The notes below the pieces were generated by a model. The model was not told where the DNA came from. It worked only from the letters and a program-made list of their open reading frames with translations, and searched no databases. A program made the translations under genes and the position numbers. A stretch of 64,000 nucleotides of DNA from Chryseobacterium gleum (GTDB taxonomy: Bacteria; Bacteroidota; Bacteroidia; Flavobacteriales_D; Crocinitomicaceae). Each line of letters begins with the position of its first letter. Within the stretch, counting starts at the first letter, position 1. The stretch is from positions 22,001-86,000 of the forward strand of contig CAMDFX010000014.1 of the NCBI GenBank assembly GCA_945897805.1, read 5' to 3'. Positions 10,138-22,164 of this stretch are shown piece after piece.

Positions 10138-10602
10138 TTATTTAACTAATAGGATTATAATGTCTTTAAAATTTTGATAAAATTCATCAAAAGCAATTAA
10201 TTTCCCTTCTAGAAATTCGAAAATTACAACTTGGTCTGACTCACGAAAAATATTTACTGAATCGAGTTCCCATTTGATTCTTGAAAAAGAAGATATTTCA
10301 ATTGTGCTGAAATTATAATTCCAAGATCCATCTTCGCCCATGCTACTTTCCATCACTATTTTTAGTTCCTCCATTTGTTCCCAAATGATTTCCCTCACAG
10401 CTTGATCTTTTGCTTGAATATCGAAACAAATTCTAGCTCCAAATTTATCAACTTCCAGGCGTAAAAAAATGAATTTTATTTCAGTAGGGTAGTTGATCCA
10501 ATTGATCCTTCTGCCTGTAGTCGATTTGTGTTTGGACATGTAGGATTTAAAATCAGTCCAAAATTGAATATTTTTATCCTTTAATTCTTGTTTTGTAAGC
10601 AT
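10138..10602 (-). CDS. Cytoplasmic protein, DUF4268-like
   Basis: The pattern FWTDFKSYM...INWINYPT...FLRLEV resembles stand-alone DUF4268 proteins. It directly abuts the upstream lipoprotein gene with no spacer. Confidence 0.4.
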   Translation of the reverse strand: MLTKQELKDKNIQFWTDFKSYMSKHKSTTGRRINWINYPTEIKFIFLRLEVDKFGARICFDIQAKDQAVREIIWEQMEELKIVMESSMGEDGSWNYNFSTIEISSFSRIKWELDSVNIFRESDQVVIFEFLEGKLIAFDEFYQNFKDIIILLVK

Positions 10603-11502
10603 TTACTTTGAGCTAGAATAAAAAATAAATCTTTTGCGGTCTACAAGGAATTCAGCGGGTAAATTTTCATCATCGTAGGTTATTGAAATATTTTTAATCA
10701 ATGTGCCATGCAGATGTTCGGAATATTTAATAGGCTGCTTATTTGCATTATATTCCCATTTTTTTGATTGTTCCTGTTTATGCCATTTTGAATCTAAATG
10801 AAAACTTTCTTGAGGCAAATTATTTTCTAAAAAAGTAACAGATTTCTCTGAAAATTCAAAAATATTCAACGTTGAATCTAAAGTTTTTGACAGCGCTTGA
10901 ATTTTCTCAAGATTTGCACCTTTCTCCACGAAAATTTCAAGTGAATTTATTTTGTGGTTAACAATTTCAACAATTAGTTTTGGATTTTCAATGTTTGGAT
11001 AAAAAAGCAATGAATCAAAACCGTTGCTATTTTTGGATGTAATAACTGTTGTTTGAATTGAATCTTTCTTGATGAAAATAGGAGGTACATTTCCAAATTG
11101 CATAAATCTGTAAACATCAATTTTTTCCAATGCGCCATTTGAATCATAAGTGAAGCCAGAATTTGAAAAGGATTCAAGGGAAATATTGTATAAATAGTGA
11201 TTGAAATTCAAAGCATTACCATGTGAGTTGAAGATATATGATAATTTTTCTGACATGTTATTTTTATACTTTCCTCCTTTAATAAATAAACTTATTTTGT
11301 TGATTTTCAATGATTCAATTATATTCTTATTCCAAATTGACCCAAAATTATTTGGTGCATCAAACAAAGATGTCAAGTAGATAGGATTAAAAAGGTTGGC
11401 TTTAAATTCAATGTTTGCTATTTTTTCAGTCTCAACCTTGGGATTTTTGGTTGAGCATGAAACAATAAACACTAAGCTGAATAAAATCAAATACTTGAAC
11501 AT
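10603..11502 (-). CDS. Lipoprotein, unknown function
   Basis: Lipobox FIVSC after a signal peptide. Confidence 0.5.
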   Translation of the reverse strand: MFKYLILFSLVFIVSCSTKNPKVETEKIANIEFKANLFNPIYLTSLFDAPNNFGSIWNKNIIESLKINKISLFIKGGKYKNNMSEKLSYIFNSHGNALNFNHYLYNISLESFSNSGFTYDSNGALEKIDVYRFMQFGNVPPIFIKKDSIQTTVITSKNSNGFDSLLFYPNIENPKLIVEIVNHKINSLEIFVEKGANLEKIQALSKTLDSTLNIFEFSEKSVTFLENNLPQESFHLDSKWHKQEQSKKWEYNANKQPIKYSEHLHGTLIKNISITYDDENLPAEFLVDRKRFIFYSSSK

Positions 11503-11556
11503 AAATCAATATTTATTATTGGATAATTTTGTCTCAAATAGCTTATTGAAGTTAGG

Positions 11557-11584
11557 AAAAAAGGTTTACCGTTTCCAGTAAACC
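11557..11584 (-). terminator. Rho-independent terminator of yidC
   Basis: On the minus strand: GGTTTAC-tggaaacg-GTAAACC followed by TTTTTT. Confidence 0.65.
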
Positions 11585-11609
11585 TTCTTAACAAAATATT
11601 TAATCAGAT

Positions 11610-13580
11610 TTATTTTTTCTTTTTCGCTTCGATTTGTGCTTTTTGCATTTGCTCTAATCGCTCTTGAAATTTAGATTTCTTTTTCACAGCAGAGTTTCCG
11701 GTGGATGCAGCCGCTTTTCTGGCAGACATTTTTTCTTTCAATTTATCTTCATCCACAAAGAATTGTTTGATTGCCACCATGATTAAAATTGAAATCAATG
11801 TTGAAATGAAATAGTAATAACTTAATCCTGAAGAATAATTATTGAAGAAGAAAATCATCATGAAAGGGAAAATATACATAATCACTTTCATATTTGGCAT
11901 TCCTGGTTGTGTTGGTTGTTGCATATTTCCACTGTTTACATAAGTATAAACCAAGGTAGTTGCAGCCATCAACAAGGTGAATAAAGAAATGTGGTCTCCA
12001 TAAAGTGGGAGATAAGTTCCAAAATTATATACTGAATCGTAAGAGGATAAATCTTCTGCCCACAAAAAAGGCTGTTGTCTCAATTCAAAAGCAGCAGGAA
12101 AAAATCTAAAGACAGCTAGCAGAATCGGCATTTGAATCAACATCGGAACACAACCAGCGAGGGGAGAGGCGCCACTTGTGCGGTACAATGACATCATTTC
12201 CATTTGCTTTTTCATTGCATCTTCCTTGTTTGGAAATTTTGCATTTAATTCATCAACTTCAGGCTTTAAAATTCTCATTTTAGCTGAAGAGACATACATT
12301 TTCCATTGAATTGGCATCAAAAATAATTTGATAATCAATGTCACTAATAAAATTACAATTCCAAATCCCCAACCGGAACCGGCCAATAAATTGAACAATG
12401 GTTGAATGGCATAAATGTTTATCCATCTAAAAAGTCCCCAACCATAATTAATAATGTCTTCGTAATTTGAGTCATAAGATTTCAAAACCTCATAATCATT
12501 TGGCCCGAAAAACCAATTGATTTTGGCACTTGCATCGCCAGTATTTGCAAAAGCCAAGTTCATTGATGCTTCATATCTCTTTATGTGTGAATGATTTCTA
12601 TCTTCAGTTTCACTGAATTTTTTGATTTTCAAAGTTGAACCAGTTTTATCAAATCCTGCAATAGGTTTCATGATTGAACTGAAATAACTTTGTTTAAATG
12701 CAATCCATTCAACAGCTTGTTCCATTTTTTCTTCGTCGTCAGATGCTTCGCTCAACCAGTCTTGCTCTTCGTTTTTATATTTGAAGCAAACCGTTGAAAC
12801 CAATCTTTGTGCATTTAAAAGTCTTTCTGATTTTTTCAAATCAGCATTCCAATTCAACATTACGTTTTTTGGATTAACTTTCCCAGCAAAACCTTTCAGT
12901 TTCACCTCAAAGTCCATGTCGTAAGCATTTGGTTTTAACGAATAAACAAATTGAATTACTTGCTCATTTTCTCGTTTTAATTCAAAAGTGATTCCAGTTT
13001 TTGAAGAATCTACCACTGTAAAAAGTTGATTACCTGTAGCAAATTGTTTACCATCAAGCGGAAAACTTAATTCGTTGACGGCATCGTTTTCTCCGAATAA
13101 TTTCAATGGAATCCATTTTTTATTTTTCGAAGCAAAATCAGTGTAAGATTGATATTCTTTTAAATAAACAGCTGCTAAAATCCCTCCTTTGGTTGAAAAA
13201 TCAAATGCCAATTTATTAGTTTCAAGTCGAATAATTTCTCCTTTAACAATTTGGTTGGTTTCCACTTTTTCTTTTGCTACTTCAGTAATTACCGTATCTT
13301 TTTTTGTGAGAGTATTTGTAAAAATTAAAGCGCCATTTTCATCTTTAAATTGCACTTTATTTTTATCCAATTTAGGAACCAAAATTTTGGCTATTTTTTC
13401 TTCACTTTTAGCGACAACTTTCGCCGTCTCTTTCTCATTTGCATTGTTTATTGCAGCCTTAATTTCTTTTTTTTGCTTTGCAAGTTCCTCTTTAGTAGGT
13501 TCTTTAGGTTTATTGATTAATGTGAAAGTCACCAAGATGGCACCAATAAGTCCAAGACCTAAAATTGTATTTTTATCCAT
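11610..13580 (-). CDS. yidC: Membrane protein insertase YidC (long Bacteroidetes form)
   Basis: 656 aa with an N-terminal TM helix, a large periplasmic domain and the conserved C-terminal core (PLAGCVPMLIQMPILLAVF...). It ends in a K-rich tail. Confidence 0.9.
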   Translation of the reverse strand: MDKNTILGLGLIGAILVTFTLINKPKEPTKEELAKQKKEIKAAINNANEKETAKVVAKSEEKIAKILVPKLDKNKVQFKDENGALIFTNTLTKKDTVITEVAKEKVETNQIVKGEIIRLETNKLAFDFSTKGGILAAVYLKEYQSYTDFASKNKKWIPLKLFGENDAVNELSFPLDGKQFATGNQLFTVVDSSKTGITFELKRENEQVIQFVYSLKPNAYDMDFEVKLKGFAGKVNPKNVMLNWNADLKKSERLLNAQRLVSTVCFKYKNEEQDWLSEASDDEEKMEQAVEWIAFKQSYFSSIMKPIAGFDKTGSTLKIKKFSETEDRNHSHIKRYEASMNLAFANTGDASAKINWFFGPNDYEVLKSYDSNYEDIINYGWGLFRWINIYAIQPLFNLLAGSGWGFGIVILLVTLIIKLFLMPIQWKMYVSSAKMRILKPEVDELNAKFPNKEDAMKKQMEMMSLYRTSGASPLAGCVPMLIQMPILLAVFRFFPAAFELRQQPFLWAEDLSSYDSVYNFGTYLPLYGDHISLFTLLMAATTLVYTYVNSGNMQQPTQPGMPNMKVIMYIFPFMMIFFFNNYSSGLSYYYFISTLISILIMVAIKQFFVDEDKLKEKMSARKAAASTGNSAVKKKSKFQERLEQMQKAQIEAKKKK

Positions 13581-13582
13581 TT

Positions 13583-15250
<1,668 letters not shown>

Positions 15251-15303
15251 CTATGTTTTTTGTATTATTTTTTCAACCAAAAGAATAGTTATGAACTTTC
15301 AAC

Positions 15304-16431
15304 TCACTTTTGTGCTAAAGAATAGATATCTTCTATAGATTTCAATACATTGTTTGAAGTAAAAGGTACGGATGCTTCTTTCAATTTGTGTTGGTCAAAT
15401 ACTACTTTTTTATCTATGATTTGCTTCATTGCATTTACAAGAGATGCAATATCGTTTTTGGAAACTTGAATTCCTAAATGATTATTTAATTGATTTGCGA
15501 TGCCAACATTTGTAGAAATAACAGGTGTTCCAGTTGCCCATGCCTCGGCAATTACGCAAGAAAAAGTTTCATAATTTGAAAAAAGTACTAATGCGTTTGA
15601 TTGCTGCATTTTGTTTGCAATTTCTTCAGTTTGCAATGGACCTGAAAATTTTATCAAATGATCCAAGGCTAGATTATTCACTTTTCTTTGAATAGTGTCA
15701 TAGTTCTCGTCAGAAATAATTTCCAATTCAAAATTTGTTTCTCTGTGATTTTTTAAAAAATTACAAGCATCGATAATTCCATTAATATTTTTGAAGCGGT
15801 CATCCAAAGTAGAAACATGGAGGAATTTAATTTTCAAATTTTCGGACTTTTCTTTGAGGGTAAAAATCGAATCATCTATTACATTTGGTAAAATTTCGAT
15901 TTTCAAACCTGGGAAAGCATGGAGAATTTCATCTTTCAAAAACACAGAAACTGCACTTAAAACGCTTGCATTCTTGATTACTGATTTTAAAACTAGTTTT
16001 TCCCTCCAATTCCAAGATTTAGATTTTTGCTTATTAAAATAGGAGGCATGTTCTGTAATTACAAGCGGTTTTTTAAAGTGTTTTTTTGCCCAAACAAACT
16101 GCAAACCTTTTGACAAAATAATATTTCCATGAATAATATCCACATTTTCAACAGATTGCACTCCAAGTCTAAACGCTTTTTGGGCATTGATATATTGTCT
16201 GATAGGATTTGAACTCTTGGGATATTTGATAACTATTTCAGTCAAATTATCATTTGAAATTTTTGAGATTTGATGCGATTTAATAATTGTATCAGCTTGT
16301 AAATCAATGACAGTGACAAAGTGTTTTTTCGCGACTAAATCTATGTGCTTTTTGACAAAATTCCCTAAAAATGGCTTGATGTCAGTAGGATACCAAGAAC
16401 TTAAAAAAAGAATGTGAAGTTTTTTGTCCAA
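15304..16431 (-). CDS. Glycosyltransferase family 4 (GT-B fold)
   Basis: N-terminal ILFLSSWYP, and a C-terminal E..S....EA.A.G.PVI motif (ETFSCVIAEAWATGTPVIST). Confidence 0.8.
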   Translation of the reverse strand: MDKKLHILFLSSWYPTDIKPFLGNFVKKHIDLVAKKHFVTVIDLQADTIIKSHQISKISNDNLTEIVIKYPKSSNPIRQYINAQKAFRLGVQSVENVDIIHGNIILSKGLQFVWAKKHFKKPLVITEHASYFNKQKSKSWNWREKLVLKSVIKNASVLSAVSVFLKDEILHAFPGLKIEILPNVIDDSIFTLKEKSENLKIKFLHVSTLDDRFKNINGIIDACNFLKNHRETNFELEIISDENYDTIQRKVNNLALDHLIKFSGPLQTEEIANKMQQSNALVLFSNYETFSCVIAEAWATGTPVISTNVGIANQLNNHLGIQVSKNDIASLVNAMKQIIDKKVVFDQHKLKEASVPFTSNNVLKSIEDIYSLAQK

Positions 16432-16433
16432 AA

Positions 16434-17573
16434 TTAAACAAGCGTTTTACTAAAAATTGTTTTCAATTGTGCAACGGTATAGTCGATTTCTTCTTTGGTG
16501 GTATATTTGGAAAAAGAAAATCTTGCATTGGGTCTTGATCCCTCGGCTTTAATTCCTTCAAGAACATGCGATCCTTTCGCGGCGCCAGAAGTACAAGCGC
16601 TTCCGCCACTGCAAGCAATTCCTTTCAAGTCCAAAGTGAAAAGCAACATTCCCGCTTTTTCTGTCTTCGGAAAACTGCAATTCAAAACTGTATAAAGACT
16701 TTTTTTCGGATTTGTTTCGCCATGAAAATAAATGTCATCAAAATTTTGATGCAATAAATCGATCATGTGCGTTTTTAAACCTTGAATATGATTTTGATGT
16801 TCAATTAAGTCTTCATACGCCATGTCCATTGCTTTCGCTAGACCTGCAATTCCATATAAATTTTCTGTACCACCGCGTAAACCTCTTTCCTGCGAACCGC
16901 CGTGAATTAGAGCTTGCACTTTGAGCATTTTATTCACATACAAAAATCCAATTCCTTTCGGGCCGTGAAATTTATGCGCCGCACAAGCGAGAAAATCAAT
17001 GGGTGTTTTTTGCAGATCAAACTGATAATGTCCCATTGTTTGAACAGTATCAGAATGAAAATAAGCGTTGTATTTTTTACAAAGTTTTGAAACTTTATCT
17101 AAAGGCAATAAAGTTGAAATTTCGTTATTGGCATGCATCAAAGAAACCAGCGTTTTAGTTTCACTTTTCAATAAATTTTCTAAATCATTTAAATCTACAT
17201 TTCCTTTTGAATCAATTTTAACATGAACAAGTTCAATGTTTTGATGTTTTGCCAGGTGTTCTGCGGTGTGTCCAATAGCGTGGTGTTCTATCGTTGAAGT
17301 AATAATTCTTTTTACGCCTAAAGCTTCGATAGAAGTATGTAAAGCCATATTATCAGCTTCCGTTCCTCCAGAAGTGAAAATTATTTCCGCTGGACTACAA
17401 TTTAAATGTTTGGCTATGGATCTGCGCGCATTTTCAATTACTGCTTTCGCTTTGCGACCATAAAAATGAGTAGATGAAGGGTTTCCGAATTCATTTTGCA
17501 AATAAGGAATCATACACTCAACCACTTCGGGCGCCATTGGAGTTGTTGCCGCATTGTCTAGATATACACGCAT
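16434..17573 (-). CDS. Cysteine desulfurase (NifS/IscS-like, aminotransferase class V)
   Basis: YLDNAATTP, the PLP-lysine region AHKFHGPKGIGFLYV and the active-site loop SGGSACTSG. Confidence 0.9.
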   Translation of the reverse strand: MRVYLDNAATTPMAPEVVECMIPYLQNEFGNPSSTHFYGRKAKAVIENARRSIAKHLNCSPAEIIFTSGGTEADNMALHTSIEALGVKRIITSTIEHHAIGHTAEHLAKHQNIELVHVKIDSKGNVDLNDLENLLKSETKTLVSLMHANNEISTLLPLDKVSKLCKKYNAYFHSDTVQTMGHYQFDLQKTPIDFLACAAHKFHGPKGIGFLYVNKMLKVQALIHGGSQERGLRGGTENLYGIAGLAKAMDMAYEDLIEHQNHIQGLKTHMIDLLHQNFDDIYFHGETNPKKSLYTVLNCSFPKTEKAGMLLFTLDLKGIACSGGSACTSGAAKGSHVLEGIKAEGSRPNARFSFSKYTTKEEIDYTVAQLKTIFSKTLV

Positions 17574-17612
17574 TTTGTATTTAATTTAGGTACAAAGGTA
17601 AAATTTTGGGAT

Positions 17613-19106
17613 TCATTTTTTAAATTTTGATTGTAAATAAATTTTACCTTTTTTCAAATATGAATTAATTTCAGGTTCTAAGTCGAAGAAAAAAATGGCG
17701 CCTAAAAAAACAATGGATACAAAAGAAAAATTGAGTCCAATTTCCAAATAGCGATTGACGAAAATGTTTGAAACAAATTCTGTAGCCAGTAAAATCAATC
17801 CAAAAAGACATGCGATTTTTAATTGATTCCAATGAAAAGGATGAATTTTATATACAAAAAACACAAAAAGCATTCGAGCAAAATTGTAGACAATTAAGGC
17901 GAAACCTGTTGAAATTGCAGCGCCAATGATACCGTAGCGCGGAATTAAGAACACATTTAGAATGAAAACCAAAAAAAGCAAAATAAAAGTAAAAAAAATG
18001 TCATATTTATACTTTTTGGAGGTGACGAAGATCCAGCCATTTAAACCAAAATACATGTCGATTATTCTACCTATCATTAAAAAAAGAAACACCCAAATTC
18101 CAAGGAGATATTCGCTTGGTAAAAAGGAAAATAATTCAGCTCGGCTTGTCCAAATAAGTAAAAACATAAACAACCCGACAATCAATGAAATTGAACTCAC
18201 TTTTTGATACAATTGAGACATTTTCTCCATGCTTTTTTCTTTCCAATACTGTGGAATCAAAGGAGTAGAAACACGCATCAAAGATTTATAAGGTATTTGC
18301 AATGCGCTAGTTAAATAAATGATTGTTGTATATACTCCCGTTTCTTTCAATCCTAAATAATAAGCAATCATCATGGCATCCATTGTCATCACCAATAAAA
18401 CTCCAATTGTATTTGAATAAGAAAACAGGCTAAAAGAAAGAATTATTTTCTTAAACTTTTTGGATATATTAAGGTTGCTTTTGTTAAATTTTAATTCATT
18501 CAGTTTATACAAATAAATGAATAAGATTAAAGATGGAATGAAGTATACAAATGCATGAATAATGAAAAACTGATTGAAATTTATGTACTTAAAAGCTAAG
18601 AGAACAAGCAAAATTGTGATGATAATTCGGAGTAAAAATTCATATAAGAAAACTGAAAGAATATTCTTAAAAAGTGACCTCAAATAGGCTTCAAAAACCA
18701 GGAAAAAAACGTTTGCAATTCCAATTGGAATAATCCAGAAATAGTAATCTACAAAAAGAGCCGATTTAGTTGAATAAAACTTAATTATTTGTCCTTGCAA
18801 AAGCACAACCAAAATTGAAAAAAGTAAAATCCCTGCAAAAACAAAAATAATATTGAGTTTCAAAAAGCTTTGCTTTTTAGCGGAATCATCTCTAAAAAAA
18901 GGCAAAAATTTCGCAATTGCATTAATTGCTCCCAAATTTGATAATTGTGCAAAAAGTAGTCCAACACTCAAAATAAGATTTATCAACCCAATCTCTTCCG
19001 TACTTAAAATGAGGACAAAAAGAATTCCTTTATTTAGATATCCCAATAACAAACCGAAATAGGTTATAATCATTGACCGTAAGGCATCTTTTTGGATGAA
19101 TCCCAT
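17613..19106 (-). CDS. Polysaccharide/oligosaccharide flippase (Wzx-like, MOP superfamily)
   Basis: 497 aa, about 12-14 predicted TM helices, very hydrophobic, located inside a glycosyltransferase cluster. Confidence 0.7.
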   Translation of the reverse strand: MGFIQKDALRSMIITYFGLLLGYLNKGILFVLILSTEEIGLINLILSVGLLFAQLSNLGAINAIAKFLPFFRDDSAKKQSFLKLNIIFVFAGILLFSILVVLLQGQIIKFYSTKSALFVDYYFWIIPIGIANVFFLVFEAYLRSLFKNILSVFLYEFLLRIIITILLVLLAFKYINFNQFFIIHAFVYFIPSLILFIYLYKLNELKFNKSNLNISKKFKKIILSFSLFSYSNTIGVLLVMTMDAMMIAYYLGLKETGVYTTIIYLTSALQIPYKSLMRVSTPLIPQYWKEKSMEKMSQLYQKVSSISLIVGLFMFLLIWTSRAELFSFLPSEYLLGIWVFLFLMIGRIIDMYFGLNGWIFVTSKKYKYDIFFTFILLFLVFILNVFLIPRYGIIGAAISTGFALIVYNFARMLFVFFVYKIHPFHWNQLKIACLFGLILLATEFVSNIFVNRYLEIGLNFSFVSIVFLGAIFFFDLEPEINSYLKKGKIYLQSKFKK

Positions 19107-19235
19107 GTAATATTAAACTATGATTAAATACAAATTTAATCAATTAAGCTAAAAATATACTTCGTTTTTAATTTTAGAGTAGATATTGAATGAAAATTAG
19201 TGATTTATTAATAAATTTGAACTCAAGATAAAAAA

Positions 19236-20117
19236 ATGAACAGTATTCTCCCTAAAATCTTACGAAAATTAGTTGGTTTATTTATTCTAAAAAGATCGAG
19301 TTACTTGATTGGAATGATTTTTATCAGAATTGCCCGCAAATTAAGAAGGAAATACTACGATTCAGCGAAAAAAAGCGAATTTAAAATTGTAGCTAATTGC
19401 ATGGGATCTATTAAAATGCAAGTTGATAAATACAGTTATATGGGCGGCAGTATTTATTGGTCTGGCTACCATCACGTGAACGAAATCATTTATTTAAATT
19501 CTTTCTTAAAGGAGGGTATGACCTTCATTGATATTGGCGCCAATCAGGGAGAATTCAGTTTGTTTGCGGCAGAAAAAATAAAAGATGGACGAATAATTTC
19601 ATTCGAACCAGTAAGTTTTCAATTCGATTTATTAAAAAATAATATAACTCTAAATAAATTTACCAATATTGAAGTTAACAAATATGGACTTTCTGATGAA
19701 GTAGGTATTTTGCCAATTTATAATTCAACCAGTACAGCAATTCATGGTGGGTTTCATGAAGGTTTATCGACGCTTTACAAATCTGATGAAAGAGATAATT
19801 TTCAAGAAAATGTAGATTTAAAAATATTTGACGATGAATATTTTGATAAACTTACTCGCTTTGACTTTCTGAAAATAGATATTGAGGGCGCAGAACTTTA
19901 TGCCTTAAAGGGAATGCAAAAAAGCTTGGCGAAGTTTAAACCTGAAATATTGATTGAGTTAAGCGATGAAACATATATTTCTGCGGGTTATACTGTAAAA
20001 GAAATGATTGATTTCCTTGAACAATTGGGTTATAAACCATTTAGAATTCATAGAGGTAAACTTATTCAAACTACAAATATTTACTCCGAATGGGGGAATT
20101 ACATTTTTAAACAATAA
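19236..20117 (+). CDS. FkbM-family methyltransferase
   Basis: SAM motif FIDIGANQGEFSL and the C-terminal LKIDIEGAE pattern typical of FkbM. Confidence 0.85.
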   Translation: MNSILPKILRKLVGLFILKRSSYLIGMIFIRIARKLRRKYYDSAKKSEFKIVANCMGSIKMQVDKYSYMGGSIYWSGYHHVNEIIYLNSFLKEGMTFIDIGANQGEFSLFAAEKIKDGRIISFEPVSFQFDLLKNNITLNKFTNIEVNKYGLSDEVGILPIYNSTSTAIHGGFHEGLSTLYKSDERDNFQENVDLKIFDDEYFDKLTRFDFLKIDIEGAELYALKGMQKSLAKFKPEILIELSDETYISAGYTVKEMIDFLEQLGYKPFRIHRGKLIQTTNIYSEWGNYIFKQ

Positions 20118-20120
20118 AAA

Positions 20121-21041
20121 ATGCCAAATCAAAAATTCTACAAATTATTTTATCAGCCCACATTAAATAAAATAGTTCGCTCAACTTTACATCCATTCAG
20201 ATTTGTTTTGCCGGCATCATTGAAAATCCCTGTATCTGGAATAATTACTGTGTATAATAATGGAAAGCCAATAAGATTTAAAACCAATGAAACCAGCCCA
20301 ATGACTAAAATTTTGTTTTGGGAAGACAAAGGTTGCACATTTGAGTTTTCAGAAATCTTCAAAGATTTAATTCTCAATTGCGAATCTTTTTTTGATATTG
20401 GTGCAAATGTTGGATATTATTCTCTGCTTGCAAAAACTGTAAAAGCAGAAATTGATGTTTATTCTTTCGAACCTTCAATTGGTCCAAAGCATTTTTTAAA
20501 AGAAAATATTGCTTTAAATAATTTCAACGACATACATTTAATTGAAAAAGCATTGGGTGATAAAACAGGAACCATTCAATTTTTTGAAGAAAAAAACCCA
20601 AAATATGCTTATCAGAAATTTCACGCAAGTGGAATTGGAAACACAGAAAATACGTGGGGGATTTCAAATTTCTTAAAGTATGATGTAGAATTAACGAAAA
20701 TTGATGATGTTGTATCAAAAGAAAATATCAAATCGATTGATTTGATTAAAATTGATACTGAAGGCACTGAAAATTATGTTTTTATGGGTGGGATTGAATC
20801 TATAAAGAAATTTCAACCCATCATAATTTGTGAGGTTTTAAAAGACAAAATCGAAGCTAAAATTGAAGAAATAATTGTGTCCGAATTAGGTTACCTCATG
20901 TTTCAATTTCAATCAAAGACAAATAAATTAATTGAAATTAAATCAATTAGAGATTGCAATAAAAACGGTGAAACAAATTATTTCTTTGTTCCAGTTTCGA
21001 AAAGAGATTTAATTGGAAAATTTGTACTGAAAAATGGATAA
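20121..21041 (+). CDS. FkbM-family methyltransferase (second, divergent paralogue)
   Basis: FFDIGANVGYYSL and IKIDTEGTE. It starts 3 nt after the previous gene. Confidence 0.85.
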   Translation: MPNQKFYKLFYQPTLNKIVRSTLHPFRFVLPASLKIPVSGIITVYNNGKPIRFKTNETSPMTKILFWEDKGCTFEFSEIFKDLILNCESFFDIGANVGYYSLLAKTVKAEIDVYSFEPSIGPKHFLKENIALNNFNDIHLIEKALGDKTGTIQFFEEKNPKYAYQKFHASGIGNTENTWGISNFLKYDVELTKIDDVVSKENIKSIDLIKIDTEGTENYVFMGGIESIKKFQPIIICEVLKDKIEAKIEEIIVSELGYLMFQFQSKTNKLIEIKSIRDCNKNGETNYFFVPVSKRDLIGKFVLKNG

Positions 21042-22164
21042 AAAAATTCTTTTTATTTCTCATTGGTATCCAACAGAAAAAAATCAAATCTCAGGAAAAT
21101 TCATAAAAAATCATGCTGAAGCAATATCTTTAGTTGCTCAAATCAATGTGATTCACTTTGATATTCAATATTCTCCAAAGTACTTAGATATAAAACTGCT
21201 AAAAATAGTTGATAACAATATTGAAACGTATAAAATTCAAATCCACAGCAAATTCTATAAATTATTTTATTATTCAATTAATTTTCAATATTTTCTGTTC
21301 AAAAGGTTAATTAAAAAATTTAATATTGACTTGAGCACTTTTAATCTTGTTCATTCCAACGTTTTATTTCCCGCAGGTTTAATTGGACATAAAATATCAA
21401 AAAGAAGTAAAGTAAAACAAGTGCACACCGAGCATTGGTCCAAAATTAGCCGCTTTCTCGAAAAAGATATTCTCAGAAAATCGGGAAAAAAAGCTTTGGC
21501 AAATATGAGTGCAATCAGTTCTGTTTCAGAAAACTTCAATAATATTCTTGAAAAATATTACCCTGAAAAAAGGATTTTTATTGTTCCAAATATTATTGAT
21601 AATAAAACATTTAATGTTCAAAACACAGCAAGAAAATCTGAAAATGTAGCTTTTTTAAGTGTTGCAAATTGGCAGGAACCAAAACATCCCTTTTATTTTT
21701 TAGACGCTTTGGAAAAAGTTTTTTTAAGTAAAACATTTGATTTCAAATTAACCATTGCAGGAGAAGGAAAATTATTAGAGAAAATAAGAAATGGTATATA
21801 TAGTTTTCCAATCAATTATGTTGGTTCAGTAGATAGTAATCAATTGAATACCTTGTTAAATAGCAGCAATTTTTTACTTCACGCATCAAAATTTGAGACT
21901 TTTTCTGTAATTATTGTTGAATCATTAATGGCTGGGACACCAGTTTTAGTTAGCGATGTTGGAATTGCATCAGAAGTTATTAATTCATCCAATGGCGCAA
22001 TTTGTAAAGACAATCTGGAAGATTGGTTTAAACAAATTAATGATTCTCTAACAAAAAAATACGACTATCAAGAAATTTCAAATTCAATAAAAAACAACTA
22101 TTCACGAGAGGAAATATCTCAAAAATTCAATTTATTGTATGAATTTGCATTGAGTGAATTATAA
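21034..22164 (+). CDS. Glycosyltransferase family 4
   Basis: ILFISHWYP and ETFSVIIVESLMAGTPVLVSDVG. It overlaps the upstream gene by 8 nt. Confidence 0.8.
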   Translation: MDKKILFISHWYPTEKNQISGKFIKNHAEAISLVAQINVIHFDIQYSPKYLDIKLLKIVDNNIETYKIQIHSKFYKLFYYSINFQYFLFKRLIKKFNIDLSTFNLVHSNVLFPAGLIGHKISKRSKVKQVHTEHWSKISRFLEKDILRKSGKKALANMSAISSVSENFNNILEKYYPEKRIFIVPNIIDNKTFNVQNTARKSENVAFLSVANWQEPKHPFYFLDALEKVFLSKTFDFKLTIAGEGKLLEKIRNGIYSFPINYVGSVDSNQLNTLLNSSNFLLHASKFETFSVIIVESLMAGTPVLVSDVGIASEVINSSNGAICKDNLEDWFKQINDSLTKKYDYQEISNSIKNNYSREEISQKFNLLYEFALSEL

